DNA of 64,000 bases from Salpingoeca rosetta. Lineage: Eukaryota > Protista > Choanoflagellata. Made by a program: the position numbers and the translations under genes. Of this stretch, positions 28,001 through 49,927 are shown in pieces. The notes below the pieces were generated by a model. That model had not been told where the DNA came from and searched no databases. It saw only the letters and a program-made list of their open reading frames with translations. Each line of letters starts with the position of its first letter. Positions within the stretch are counted from its first letter, which is position 1. The DNA lies in the NCBI GenBank assembly GCA_033442325.1, contig JAWQFM010000012.1:1473793-1537792 (forward strand). Direction: 5' to 3'.

Positions 28001-30246
28001 GACCGCACAAGCGGACGCGCAATGGGAGTTAGGTGGATGTGTCACGCTCCATGGCACACGCATGTGAGTGCAGTCAAACGCAAAGCACACACACACACAC
28101 ACACATCCACCTCTCACGCACACACATGCGCGACACACACACACACACATCCTCCTCTCATGCACACACATGCGTGACGCAACGCAACGCAACGCAACAA
28201 CACCTGTGTTGACGACGATGGTGATGGTTGCCAAGTCAAACTCGGGCATGTGGTCCTCGGGGCGCATGCCCACTGCTGTCAGGGCGTGGGCAGAGCGCTT
28301 GATGTGCATCCCACACGCGTATGCCGCCGACCGCGCCGACTGCCGCAGCGACGGTAAGAGGTCGCGGCGCAGGCGCTCTGCCTCGCCGCTGGTGAAAAAC
28401 GGGTTGTGCAGGAGCTGGGTGATGTTGGCGATGGTCTTGGCCAACAGCGGGTCCTGCTTGTTGGCCGACAAAATTGTCTGCTCCATCAGCGGGGCATCGT
28501 GCATGAGCCGGAACTGCAGCGCGTGCTTCGTCCTGGCGGTGCTGGCGGTGGCATTGCTGCTGCTACTGCTACTGCTGCTGGTGTGGGCATCAGGGGAGGA
28601 CTTGGTCCAGCCAAACACGACGGGCAGCTCCGGCACAAAGCCAACAGGCTCAAAGTCATCGTCAAAGGTGATGGTGCAGCTGGACGCAGCGACCAGGGCA
28701 GAGGTGGGAACGTGTAGGCATCGTGAGTGCAAGTGGAAGCACAGAGGGGCTGGGCGGGCGGACAACACCGTAACAACAAAAGCAACCACATGAAATGTAT
28801 GCGCGCGCACACACAAGCACCACATACTCACACAAGCATGCACACACGACCCAATATACCAAACCAAACCAAACAAACGGACAGGCAGGAAGACAACGCC
28901 AGACCACGATGTGTGTGCCGCTCACCTCGATGGCTTCTGGAGACTGGCCAGCTCGCTCTTGAAGACACGAACGTACTCCCACACGTTTGGCTTGAGGCGG
29001 GGGCTTGTCTGGCGCAGCAGACACACGTAGTCTGTGCACACGCCACCAATCACCCGCGTCTTCTCCTGCGCATCCTGCAGCCACTCGGTGTGGGCAAAGG
29101 CGACCACCTGCTTGTCGCTGCGCACAAACACCTCCAGCTGCGAGTCGCCGGGTGCGGTGTGGCGCTGGCCGGGGCGAGCGTTGTTCAGGTACAGCGACAC
29201 GCCAAGCGTGGCTTGCAGATCAATGCACTTGCTCGGCAGGAACCCGCCGCAGACGACGGCGTGGCCGCTCTTCGTCAGCAGCAGCGACAAATCGCCGCAC
29301 GCCCGAACGCGCAGCACCGGGGAGGAGGCCGCATCCGGCAGCGTCACCTTTGCCAATGTGGCGCTGGTGTGGGGAAGGCAGGGCACGTGCTGGCCAAAGC
29401 CCTCCTGCGCCGGCTCAAAGGCGAGCTCGCGGCCAAGCTGGTTGCCGTTGTTCAGGCCGCACGTGTACACATCGCCGTCCTGCGACAGAAACACAGAGTG
29501 GAAGCGGCCCGCGGCGACCTGTACGCAGCGGGCAAACGGGAGCTCAATGGCGCCCAGCGCCACGTAGGCGTCCAGCGTGTCCAGGAGCGTGTCCGTGAGC
29601 AGGCGCTTCTTGTCGACGCAGTCTGCACAGCGGTAGCAGCGGACGCAGGAGGTAGTGGCGACCTTGGCGCGGCGGCGGCCCGGCGTGAGAGCGCACTCCT
29701 CGCTCGTCTCCGACGCAGCGTCCTCGCCCCACCGCCCACATGACGTGCATACGTGCTTCATCTCGTCCGGGTACATCTGGTGGCCCTCGCGGTCGCACAC
29801 GCCGCGCCGCACCCGCAGCCCGCGGTGGGCAGTGGACCGCCCGCACTGCCCAAAGGCGTTGTTACCCACAGAGAGGACAGCGCCGCTGCTCGTCAGCACC
29901 AGCGCGTGCCTGCTGCCGCTCACCACGTCGACCGCTCGCGTCTTGGCGAGCGCGACCTCCGCAGGCGCCTCCCCGCTGACGTGCTTGAGATGGAAGGGCG
30001 AGTGCGGCCCGATGGGGCACGCCACCGGCTTGGCGCGCGCCTTTGCTTTGAGCCGGACGTACAGGCGCTCTGTGCCCTCGATTTTGGGCAGGCGCATGCG
30101 GTAGGAGGCAGTTGTCTCGCACATGCGCCCACTGCCCTCGTAGCTCGGGTCATCCTTGACAGAGGGCGGTGGCGGCATCACAATGACCTCAAAGTAGTGC
30201 CAGCCAGCGAAAAACACAATGCGTGCCGTCTGCACATGCACATGCG

Positions 30247-30338
<92 letters not shown>

Positions 30339-33300
30339 CAGCTGCAACAAGCAGAGCAGCGCGGAGAAGCCCGTGTCAAACTAAGTGCGCACGCGAGAGA
30401 ACAACACATGTGTGCCAGCTGCAACAAGCAGAGCAGCGCGGAGAAGCCCGTGTCAAACTAAGTGCGCACGCGAGAGAACAACACATCACGAACCACAAGG
30501 GCGCATTGCAGCGGGTGGCTGAAATTGGCTGCCGGCGGCTCGGCGGCGAACACAATGGAAGCAATCGATGACTATTAAACAGCGCAATGTCACATCAAGT
30601 TGAGATGACCAAAATGAGTTGAGAAGACACTGAGCAATCGACATACACAAACACACAGACAATCAAACACACACAGACAATCACACGCAGACAATCACAC
30701 ACAGACAATCACAAACAAACAATCAAACAATCAAACAAAACAAACAAGCAAACAAACACCCATGCCAACGTACTTCAGCGACTCTGCTGACGCCAAAGCT
30801 GAGGTTGCCCTCATCTGTGATGAGCCAGGACCAAGAGAAACACGCCGCTGAGCTGCACAGCTGCTTCCCAGACATGCCAATCTCCGACGACTTGAGGTTC
30901 GAACCCTGGGTGAAGGGCGAGTCGGCCGTCACTTCCTCCGTGTGCATGTCGCGGACTGGCGCCGACACATGGTGCACGAGCGCAAGCGCGTCTTCTTTGG
31001 ACGCCAGTGAGATGGTTGGCTGTTCCCCTTGCATCATCGCGGCCATAGCAGGTCCAGCGCGGCCCGAAATGGAGCCGGGCTTCCCAAACTCGTGCACAGC
31101 ACCCAGCCGCGCCTTTATCACCAGCGTCACGCGTGGCCCCGATGCCTTCTGCTTTCTCCGCTTCCCCTTGCCAGCAAGACCCGTTTGCCCACCGGCCTTG
31201 CTGGCAGCATCGTCACCACCGCCACTGTTGGCGTTACCATCGCCGTCAGCACCCGTGCTTGTCATGGCGGGTGGTCCCTGCTCCTTGTCGATGGCGACGG
31301 CTTCGACGGCACTCCCCGTCAGCGTCAAGTGCTGCATTGCCATGGCCTCGTGCTCCGCCGCCACACGAACCGTCACCGTCGCGTGCGTGTCGGTCACGTG
31401 CACGTTTGTAACTTCGGCCGTGGCCGTGCCGTGCAGCCGCAGGAGCAGCGGGCGCGCTGGGCGGCACGACAGGCTGTCTGGGGACTGGCGGTCAATGATC
31501 ACGGGCACAACGGGGCTCCACAAACCCTCGCACACGCGCACATGCCGCAGCACCAGCGCGCCGCTCCTGGTCACGCCGACGACAGCATTCTGGCGGCCAT
31601 AGAGAGCGACGTGCTCAAGCGCGTGTGGGGTCGGGTATCCACGCAGGTGCTCAAAGGCAGTGGTGTCCTTGTTCATGCTGATGACGCCGGCGGTGGTGTG
31701 CACGACGATGCCACCGCGCTTGCCCGTGGTGGAGATGCCCTTGACATGCTCACCGGGTGCAATGGAGGACATGAGAGACCCTGTGGACGTGGTTACGGTG
31801 CCGTTGGGGAGGAGGAACAGCATGTCAGAATCGGTCAGCTCACGGCTTTCGTTCTCACTGCTGCCTTTCCCGTTGTCGCTGCTGCCGCTGCTGCCTTTGC
31901 CGTTGCCGTTGCCACTCTGGCTCTTGCTGGCCTTGGGGTTGATGAGGATGTTGACAGGCCACGCAACGCCCTGGTTCTTCTGCACCTGGAAGTCGGCCAG
32001 GGACACCTGTACCATGATGTTCTTGCCAAGCGTGAGCGGCATGCACAGCACGGCGCGGAACACCAGTTTGGGCTCGGTGCAGGCAGCCTGCTGCTGCTGC
32101 TGCGAAATGTCAAAGAAGCGCATCTCATAGTGCTGGTCGACAAAATCGATGCAGGCAAAGGCGTGCTCCTGTGCGGGGACGAGGGCGACCAGGTGCTCCC
32201 CGAGCAGCCGCTCGTAGCCGCCATACTGGGCCTGAAGCGCCTCCTGCTGTTGCCGCTGCCGCCGCTGGTGGTGGTGGTGCTGATGCGGTCTGCGGGGTTT
32301 GGGGCGCGGCAAGCCTGAAACGTCATCAGGCGGGGTGCCGGGCTCCTGCTCAAAGACGGCGCACGTGTCGAGCGTGGAGGGGTCCAAGTTCCTGATGATG
32401 CCTGGGGCGTCGTTGGCGCGCCGCCCAAGCACCAGTGGCCCCGGCTTTGCGGTGCACACGATGTGCTGCGGGGCCTCGCTCGTGTCTGTGCGGGCCGGCG
32501 GGTCGAGCGGGGAGCGGCGGCGGCGGCTGGGCGCCATTGGCAGCAGGAACGCGCCAGGCACGCCCGCGCCGTGCTGCTCAAAGAGGTGGCACGCGTTCGC
32601 GTTGGGCTGGCCAACAAAGCAGCGGGCGATGCTGGGGTCGATGGCCGCCGCGCTCGGGCGGAACGTGTCGACAGCAGCCGATGGGTCGTGGATGCGAAGC
32701 GGGAGGGTGAGGAGCGGCACAGCGGAGGGTTCGGTCTCCATGCTGGCAAGCGTGAACATGGCGCGCCGCAAGTCACTGAGCATGGACAGCTCGGCAACGG
32801 CGGCGTCCGCGTGCGCCAATTGCAGTGCTGGCGGAGATGCTGGAGTGGGTGGCGAGGACGACGGAGATGGAGTGGGTGATGGTGATGAGCGGGTCATGGA
32901 GAAGATGTCCTCAAACGCGCGGATGGCATCGTTCACCGCAGGGTACTTGGTGCTGTCGACAAACGTCAGCGCAGAATGTATCAGAAGCTGCGTGTATCGC
33001 GCCTTTTGGGACAACTGCGCCTGGTTGTACTACAACGGGAGAAATGGGATGTGTGTGTGTGTGTGTGTGTGCGAGAAAGTGAGGGAGGGGGTACGAACGA
33101 GTCCATAACGCGTTTGTGCAAGTGCATGTACGAGTGCGTGGGTAAGTGCGTATGAATGATTGTGAAGGGAGCATTGGTGCCAATTCGCTGCAGGGTCAGG
33201 AAGGACAATGAGCAGAGGGGGGTGGGGGCAAAAGTACCTGTGCAATTGAGATGCAGTGCTCGATGGCCTTGTTGACCTCTGCTGGATCGTCGGACTCCAG

Positions 33301-33909
33301 CTGGCTGATGACGATGCGTGGGGTCAGCTGCATGTCGATGACCTGCACAGGATCCAACACCACAGCCAGCTTCTGTTGACTGGAGCGGGGCGTGCTGCCC
33401 AGAGTGCTTGCATCCTTGTCTGTCTTTGAGACTGGTTTGTTTTCTGTCTCCTCGCCATGCTATCAACAAGCAAACACGCGTTGCACGAGGCGTGCAAGGT
33501 GAGCAGCGAAGAAGGGAGGAGGGGGAACGGGAGGGGTGAGCCGCGGGTCATGCGACCATTGCAGCCAAACAAGTATGCGTTGAGGCCAGGACCAAGAACG
33601 ACAGCAGCGACATCAAACAGCAGCGCCACATCGACACGCACTTGCACACACACACGTATACAATTGCACACTCACACACGTATACAATTGCACACTCACA
33701 CACAACACACGCATGCACTCACACACACACACACACACTCACGCACACACACTCTCACTCACGCACACGCACGCACACGCACGCACACGCACGCACACGC
33801 ACGCACACGCACGCACACGCACGCACACACACGCACACACGGAACGAACGATTTGGATGGCGTGGGAGCGCAGCGGAATCGGAGCAGCGATTTCACTGAG
33901 CTTCGACAT
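12042..33909 (-). CDS. MYCBP2: PHR-family giant E3 ubiquitin ligase (MYCBP2/Highwire/RPM-1 homolog), multi-exon, spans a gap
   Basis: RCC1 repeats ([20 protein letters not shown]; [19 protein letters not shown]) with a Cys-rich insert; ESAHPY..FRLET..FGYRC module; DOC domain ([12 protein letters not shown]); B-box [23 protein letters not shown]; [38 protein letters not shown]; tandem-Cys domain [61 protein letters not shown]. The start at 33909 is tentative (alternative 33333). Confidence 0.93.
20647..21396. other. Assembly gap
   Basis: Run of N. Confidence 1.
24238..24355. repeat. Intronic tandem duplication, ~64-bp unit x2
   Basis: cagcaagaagagcaccacacttcagttcaacgcacgcgcacatgaaactaacac at 24238 and 24302. 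Confidence 0.9.
30332..30485. repeat. Intronic tandem duplication, 77-bp unit x2
   Basis: tgtgtgccagctgcaacaagcagagcagcgcggagaagcccgtgtcaaactaagtgcgcacgcgagagaacaacaca at 30332 and 30409. Confidence 0.9.
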
Positions 33910-34529
33910 GTTGCAGGTTGTTGGTGTTGTGGACAATCACCACAACCAAAGGGGGAAACGTAACAACAGCAACAACGCTGCCGCACTGAACGGCTGCCTC
34001 CTGTGCAGGAGAGTAAGGCAAGACTTCAAGCCGAGGTGTGCGATGGGATGGGATGGGATGGATGGGTGAGGCTTTGTTCAGAAGCAGCAGTGTTCACCTC
34101 GAAGTGCGCGGTCGTTGTCGTTGTTGTTGTCGACACTGCAGTTTGTGGTGTTGCGATGCGCGCTGGCGGCAGTTTTGTTTGTGGTTTGTTGTGGGCGGAC
34201 TGCGATGCATGGGTCTTGCTTGCTTGCTTGCATGCTGGCTTGCTTGCATGCTTGCTTGTTCATTAACGACCACACCAAGCAAGACAGCAAAGCAAGTGCA
34301 GGCAAGCAGGGAAGGGGAAGGAAGGCAATCAAAACAAACCAAGGCAGGGAAATGTTGGGGGAAAGGGGTATTCATGCGTGCACGCGCTGCAGCTATCGAC
34401 AATCTCTCGCTCCCTTTCTCTCCTTCACTCAGACTCACCCACGTCACTCTCACGCACAATCTCTGGGCAAGCAAGCGCAGCAGCAAAGATAGCCGCAGAA
34501 ACGAATGGCGACAAAGTCACAAGAAAGGG

Positions 34530-34593
<64 letters not shown>

Positions 34594-34637
34594 CGAATGG
34601 GTCATGTGCCACACCACCATTATCATCACCACGACGC

Positions 34638-40480
<5,843 letters not shown>

Positions 40481-41162
40481 GGCTGTGTTGTGCGTGTGTG
40501 GGAGGGGGAGGGGGGTGTCGAGAAGGCATGAGGTGGGGTTGGTGGTGTGGTATGGTGTGGTGTGGCAGGTGAGCATGGACTTGTGACTCTGTGTGAGGCA
40601 ATGCAGTGGCCCCTGCAGATGGCTGGTTGCACTTGAGTGGCTGCGAGACGTGCACGCCACACGATGACAGTTATGGCAGCAGGGCAGCGTAGTAGGTTGA
40701 CACAACAGCACGGAGACACCCCGAAGACACCACAAAGGTACCACGCCAACAACCACAACAGCATTGCCACATTGATCCGCACCTGCCTGTTGTCGTGGGA
40801 TGAAGACGCGCTGCCTACTCTCCAGGATACGATCAATTTGGCTGGGGTCTTCCCTCCTATGGTGCTGCTATATCTTCGTGCACCTGTCGACGTTGCTTGC
40901 TTGCTTGCTTGCTTGCTTGCTTTTGCTTGCTAGTCCTTGACAAGAGGCACACCACCACCACCAAACAACGCAACGAAGCAAGGGCTGGTGAGCGAGGGTG
41001 TGTCTGTCTGGGTGGTTGTTTGTTGTCGCTGCTGCCACCAAAAACGCCCACAAAAATTAATTGACTTTTTATTGCTGGGATTCCATGGCCGATTAAGCGC
41101 ACTGTTTTGTTTGTGTTTTTGGTGTTTTGGTGCAGCAGTGGACGAGGATGGGGATGATGACC

Positions 41163-43610
<2,448 letters not shown>

Positions 43611-43650
43611 ACGAACCATGGTGCTGCTGTGCACACACGGTGACCCTGGG

Positions 43651-43681
<31 letters not shown>

Positions 43682-44100
43682 GGCGTGCTTGTCCTCCTCT
43701 TCACACACATATGTGTTAGCGTTGTCACTGTTGCTGCATTCATTTGCGGACCTTTTTGCACGCAACAACTGTTGTTCCTCGCTTGTTCGCTTCTGGTTCT
43801 GCCCCTTGGTGTTTTTCAACAACATACATCTAGTACACTGCTGTCTATTGCTCGATGATGGTGATGGTGGCGCAGACGCTGAATACGCACCCACGAACGA
43901 ACACACGCACAGGCACGCACGCACACGAGCTTACACTCACACGCACGCACGCACGCCAGCGCCGTTGCTTCACCTCTCACCCCTAAGGCTAAATTGGAGA
44001 CACTGCTGCCCGCACATCAAGCACACACGAACGCACACACACGCATGCACGTGCACGTGCACGTGCACATTAGGCTGCACCATTGCCTGCCGGCCCTGCA

Positions 44101-44342
44101 CTATCGATCGCTCGTGCTGTCTGTGCTGCTGGTGGTCTCTTTGCTCTGCTCCTGCGTGCCCTGCTCCTGGCTGCTGGCCGCCCTCTTACCATCACAGCCG
44201 TAACCCATCCTGGCAGAAAGAGACTCAACCGCAGTCAGCAGCGGCGGGCGAATGGCAGCGTCCATCACCGTGTCCACCAGCCTGCAGTGGACGGGCGCGG
44301 TTGAAACGGAATGTTAGCGTCGGTCATCACCGCACTGTGGTT

Positions 44343-44393
<51 letters not shown>

Positions 44394-44417
44394 CACACGC
44401 GCACACACACACACACG

Positions 44418-44469
<52 letters not shown>

Positions 44470-45357
44470 ACACACACACACACACATACGCACAAAAGCA
44501 CTCACTTCTTGTTGTGTGCGGCGGATGCGACGGAGCCGTTGGTGGTGCGCTGAGCGGCAACAGATGCGCGCCGTGTTGCCTCCTGCATCATTGTCGCTGC
44601 CCGCTGTCGTCGCGCCTGCACGTTCTCGGCGCGGTCCACCTGTGTGTACAGGCGCTCGCGCAGGTGCTCGCCCTTTTGCATGCGATCACGCACAACAGCC
44701 TGGCAGCGGCCAGCAGGGAGTTTTGGTTGGGATGTGTGTGTGTGTGTGTGGGTGGGTGGGTGAATGCGTGTGAATGTGTGTATGTGAGTGAGTGAGTGAG
44801 TGAGTGTAAGTGTGTGGAAGTAAGTGCGAGCGAGCGAGCAGCAGGATGGCTATGGTTCACGCGCTGTGCTGCATCGCTAATTCACGTGCTACGCCGCACG
44901 GTTAACTCCCAAACAACCACCACCAAGTCACCCTCCCCCCTGCTCCAGCCAGCCACTACAGCCGAATTAAGCGGGTGTGTGCTCACCTGCTGCATGTGGT
45001 TGAGTTTGGCGCGCACAATGTCGCCCAGGCCGTGTTCGTTGCAGATGCGGCGAAGCGCAATCAGCTGATCCCCGCGCGTGAGGAAGCGGCGCTGTAGGGA
45101 GCGGTGCTCCGTCGACAGCGCCTCAATCCGCTGATGCAGCGACGTAATCTGACTCACCGCACACACATAGGGGCATGCGCGTGTGAGCAGATGCATGCAC
45201 AACGAAGAAGGAAGCAGGAAGCAGGCAGCTAGAGCAACACACGTTTCCACACGAGGACGCACATCCACTATCATCACCGCCTCACCTCGCTGTTGAGGCC
45301 AGCCAATTTCTCCATGCTCGTCGTCCGGTCAGCCTTCACCTGCACCGAACAGCGGGT

Positions 45358-45430
<73 letters not shown>

Positions 45431-45592
45431 GGTGCAGAAAGGAAACCGTGCTCCGGCATCACAGCACAGGCAGCGCAGTTTGTGCCTTGCGTTGATGCTG
45501 TACCTTTGTGAGGTCAGACAGTGCGGAGTCTCGTTCCTCCATCAGGTCCTGGTTAGTCACACGTGCAGAGGTTGGCTCGCTCGCACGCGCGC

Positions 45593-45647
<55 letters not shown>

Positions 45648-45724
45648 TACACGCACACATACACAGACGGACACACGCAAAGACATACTTGCTCTCTGGG
45701 TTCTGCAGCCGCGGTGGCGTGCTC
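44101..45724 (-). CDS. Coiled-coil protein of unknown function (5' end lost in gap)
   Basis: Spliceable exons: [17 protein letters not shown] / [18 protein letters not shown] / [26 protein letters not shown] / [15 protein letters not shown] / LVDTVMD..STSDR*. Confidence 0.6.
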
Positions 45725-46077
45725 NNNNNNNNNNNNNNNNNNNNNNNNNNNNNNNNNNNNNNNNNNNNNNNNNNNNNNNNNNNNNNNNNNNNNNNNNNNN
45801 NNNNNNNNNNNNNNNNNNNNNNNNNNNNNNNNNNNNNNNNNNNNNNNNNNNNNNNNNNNNNNNNNNNNNNNNNNNNNNNNNNNNNNNNNNNNNNNNNNNN
45901 NNNNNNNNNNNNNNNNNNNNNNNNNNNNNNNNNNNNNNNNNNNNNNNNNNNNNNNNNNNNNNNNNNNNNNNNNNNNNNNNNNNNNNNNNNNNNNNNNNNN
46001 NNNNNNNNNNNNNNNNNNNNNNNNNNNNNNNNNNNNNNNNNNNNNNNNNNNNNNNNNNNNNNNNNNNNNNNNNNNNN
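45725..46077. other. Assembly gap
   Basis: Run of N. Confidence 1.
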
Positions 46078-46125
<48 letters not shown>

Positions 46126-46286
46126 ACACACACACACACGCACACGCACACACGAATACACACACACACACACACAGGCACGAATACACGCTCTGACCCG
46201 CATACAAAACTGCACACATGAACAAACACACACACACACATGAACAAACACACACACACATCAACAACAGCAGGGCCGCCATTGCA

Positions 46287-47658
46287 TCACGGGCGGTGTC
46301 GCTTTGACGCCACGGGCGCCTGTGACGGGGAGCGCTTCATGTCCGATGAAGGCGGCGGCATGTGCATGTCCTCCTCGCTGGCAAACGTGGCTGGCGGCAG
46401 GGTCGGGTGCGGGTGCGGCGGCAGCTGGTGCGGGACGTGGTGTTGCATGTGCGCCATCGTCATGTGTGGCACGGGCGCGTGGCTGACCGACGGGCTGTGC
46501 ATGTGTGTGGGCTGGCCGAGGTGCGGGTGGTGGTGCTGCGGCAGCGACTGCGGGGGAACCATGCTCATCGGGAGCGGTGGTGGCGGCGGGTGGACGGGGT
46601 GCGGCAGCGTCGGCTGCTGGGAGAGCGGCATGCCCGGCTGCTGCATCTGCGGCATGTGCGGGTGCTGCGGCGCGTGGGAGAACGGGGGCATGTGCGGGTG
46701 CTGCGGTGCGTGCGACATGGGCGGAACGTGGCTGTGGGAGTGGGGCGGCGGGGCAATGGCGTGTGGCGGCGGCGGGTGCAGCTGGTGGTGGTGGTGCGCG
46801 TGCGCGTGCGCAGGGTGCTGCTGGTGCGGGTGGTGTCCGTGGTGCGGGTGGTGGTGGTGGTGCGGGTGCTGCGGGCCCGGGTCGACAGAGTCGATGGGGT
46901 GCGGCAGGTTGATGTGCTGCAGGTCGTTGCGCAGCTCCGGCCGCAGGTGGTCTGTGCGGAAGTCGATGCCCGGCGTGCCGGCGAGCGACGGGTCCAGCGA
47001 CGGGTGCTGCATGGCCGGGTGCGCCTGAGGTGGCGGCAGCTGGTGCTTCATGCTCACGTCTGGGGCGCCCTCTGCGTTGGGTGGGTGGCAGTGCTTGCAC
47101 AGGTTGCGTAGCTTGGAGGCGGCGTTTGCCCGGCGGTTCAACTCGCTCTCGTTGCAGAAGAGAAGATAGAACCGCGTGACGCAGTTGAGCATCGTGTAGT
47201 ACTGGTGCGACTGATGTTGTGATGGTGATGGCGGCGGTGGACAAGAGTGAGTGCAGGGAAAGCGTCAAGTGGTGAATGGATGGTGGGGTGGGCATGTAGG
47301 CGTGAATGGGTGAGAAGGGGGGGGGGGGGCAAGCAAGGCCGAGCCATGAAGATCGAGTGTGTAAAGCATGGACAAACACAAGACGCACAAACACCCCACA
47401 CCACGCCACACCTCGTGCGAGATGACGAATTCCTGGAGGGCGTCCTCGTACGCGGCCTGCGCTTCGGCGGAAGGGGCGTGGTTCTTGCTCGCGTGCAGGT
47501 CCTTCTTTGCCATGTTGAACGCGTGTTTCTTACTCGTGTAGTCCTCCACCACAGCTTGCGGCACCGTGCGAAAGTGCGCAGTGTCTGCATCGAGTGAATG
47601 AGTGAGTGAGTGTGAGTGTGTGTGTGTGTGTGTTTGTATATATGTTTGTATGTTTGTA

Positions 47659-47696
<38 letters not shown>

Positions 47697-48545
47697 GGCG
47701 TGTGTGTGTGTGTGTGTGTGTGTGGAAGTGTGTTGTCACGTGTGTCTGTGTGAGCATGTGTCCGTATCTCAAAGGGCGTTGACACAAAAACGCTACCCAA
47801 AACAACACCATATGAAGAAGAGTCATCATGTGTGTGTGTGTATGTAAAATACGCCGCCAAGGCAGGGTGCGACTTACTCCGCGGCACCATGTTGCTGTCC
47901 TTGTCGTGGATGTGGATGGAGGATTTGCGGCAGAAGCCGTGCAGGAAGCACTTGGTGTGACCTTCTTGCACCTTATCTGGGTTGGGCACGTGATACATGA
48001 AGCATGCCTTGCTCTCAGGATAAAGCTGCTGGGCCTTGCGAATCTGTTCGAGACGGTGAAGCGGCAAAGGGGGGGGGGCAACGTGGGATGGGACAGGGAA
48101 ACGGCCATGAGTGGAACAGAGGCGGTGGCGCTCGTTTAGCTTTCGCGCACACAACTCTGAACACACGCGCTCGTTTAGCTTTCGCGCACACAACTCTGAA
48201 CACACGCGCACGCGCACGCACAGATGCGCAGATGAACCCACACACATACGCACAAAGTGCACACATGCAAAAAAAAGTGCACACATGTACACATGTGCAC
48301 ATATGCACGCAAGTACACAAACACACAAGTACACACATTTGCGCAAAGTGCACATGTGCCCAAACGCAAAGCAACTGCTTCGTACCATGTCCCTTGCTTT
48401 GCGAAAGAGCTCCATGGCACGATGGCGATCAACGGTCTGTGGCACCTCTTGCGCTTGGACAGGTGGTGGCGGCTCACAATCGCACATGTGGCGCTGCCTC
48501 CCAGACGGCACAATCTTGCCACATCCTTTGCACTTGCGCAAGCCT
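46287..48545 (-). CDS. Uncharacterised protein with Cys/His metal-binding motifs and a long His/Pro/Gln-rich C-terminal region (5' end uncertain)
   Basis: Exons RKCKGCGKIVPSGRQRHMC..; IRKAQQLYPESKACFMYH..HTKCFLHGFC..; VPQAVVEDY..; SHQYYTMLNC..CKHCHPP followed by an H/P-rich tail ending KRHRP*. Confidence 0.65.
48128..48206. repeat. Intronic tandem duplication, 39-bp unit x2
   Basis: gcgctcgtttagctttcgcgcacacaactctgaacacac twice. Confidence 0.9.
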
Positions 48546-48873
48546 GTGTTGGAGCGGTTTGGGGTCAGCGGTGGTGAGAGTTATGTGGAGTGTGCAGGGA
48601 GGTGGCGGGCAAAGGGGAAGGTGAAGCGGAAAGGTCAACGACAGCGGGACAGCACGGGGCTCAGCGCATAGCAGAGAAGACGCAAACAGCAAATTGTACA
48701 CACGCATTCACAGGTGTGCGCGCACACAAAGATACGCAAACACACACAAAGATGAACATGCAAACACGCACGACACACACGCACACGCACACGCACACAC
48801 ACACAAACGCACACACAAACGCACGACACACACACACACACACACACACACAACGCACGACACACGCACACAC

Positions 48874-48908
<35 letters not shown>

Positions 48909-49348
48909 NNNNNNNNNNNNNNNNNNNNNNNNNNNNNNNNNNNNNNNNNNNNNNNNNNNNNNNNNNNNNNNNNNNNNNNNNNNNNNNNNNNNNNNNNNNN
49001 NNNNNNNNNNNNNNNNNNNNNNNNNNNNNNNNNNNNNNNNNNNNNNNNNNNNNNNNNNNNNNNNNNNNNNNNNNNNNNNNNNNNNNNNNNNNNNNNNNNN
49101 NNNNNNNNNNNNNNNNNNNNNNNNNNNNNNNNNNNNNNNNNNNNNNNNNNNNNNNNNNNNNNNNNNNNNNNNNNNNNNNNNNNNNNNNNNNNNNNNNNNN
49201 NNNNNNNNNNNNNNNNNNNNNNNNNNNNNNNNNNNNNNNNNNNNNNNNNNNNNNNNNNNNNNNNNNNNNNNNNNNNNNNNNNNNNNNNNNNNNNNNNNNN
49301 NNNNNNNNNNNNNNNNNNNNNNNNNNNNNNNNNNNNNNNNNNNNNNNN
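48909..49348. other. Assembly gap
   Basis: Run of N. Confidence 1.
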
Positions 49349-49434
<86 letters not shown>

Positions 49435-49824
49435 GTGGTGTGTGTGTGTGTGTGTGTGTGCTTGTGCCTGAACAGTCTCTTCCGAAGCGACAAGTAGACG
49501 TGCTGGATGAAGCGCACGAGCATCGGCGAGTAGCAAGGTAGCAAGAGCAGCATAACAGCGTAGCATCATGAAGCCATCAACAAGAACCCCGCTTTAGAGA
49601 CATCCTCGTGCCTTTCAGCGTGCCTGCGTGCAGTGCCATAGTGCAACGAGAAGAGGTCAAAACAGAGGCGTAGTCCCCTCCACCGCCATGCCAGCACACA
49701 AGCATTGATCGCTCGACTCAATGCGCATTCCAGCACCTGATTCGCTGGGAGAGATTTTACTCACACTGTGCCGGTCAAGAGTCAAGCGGTTGGCTGGTTG
49801 GAAAGCGAACGAGAGTTGCTTCTC

Positions 49825-49927
<103 letters not shown>

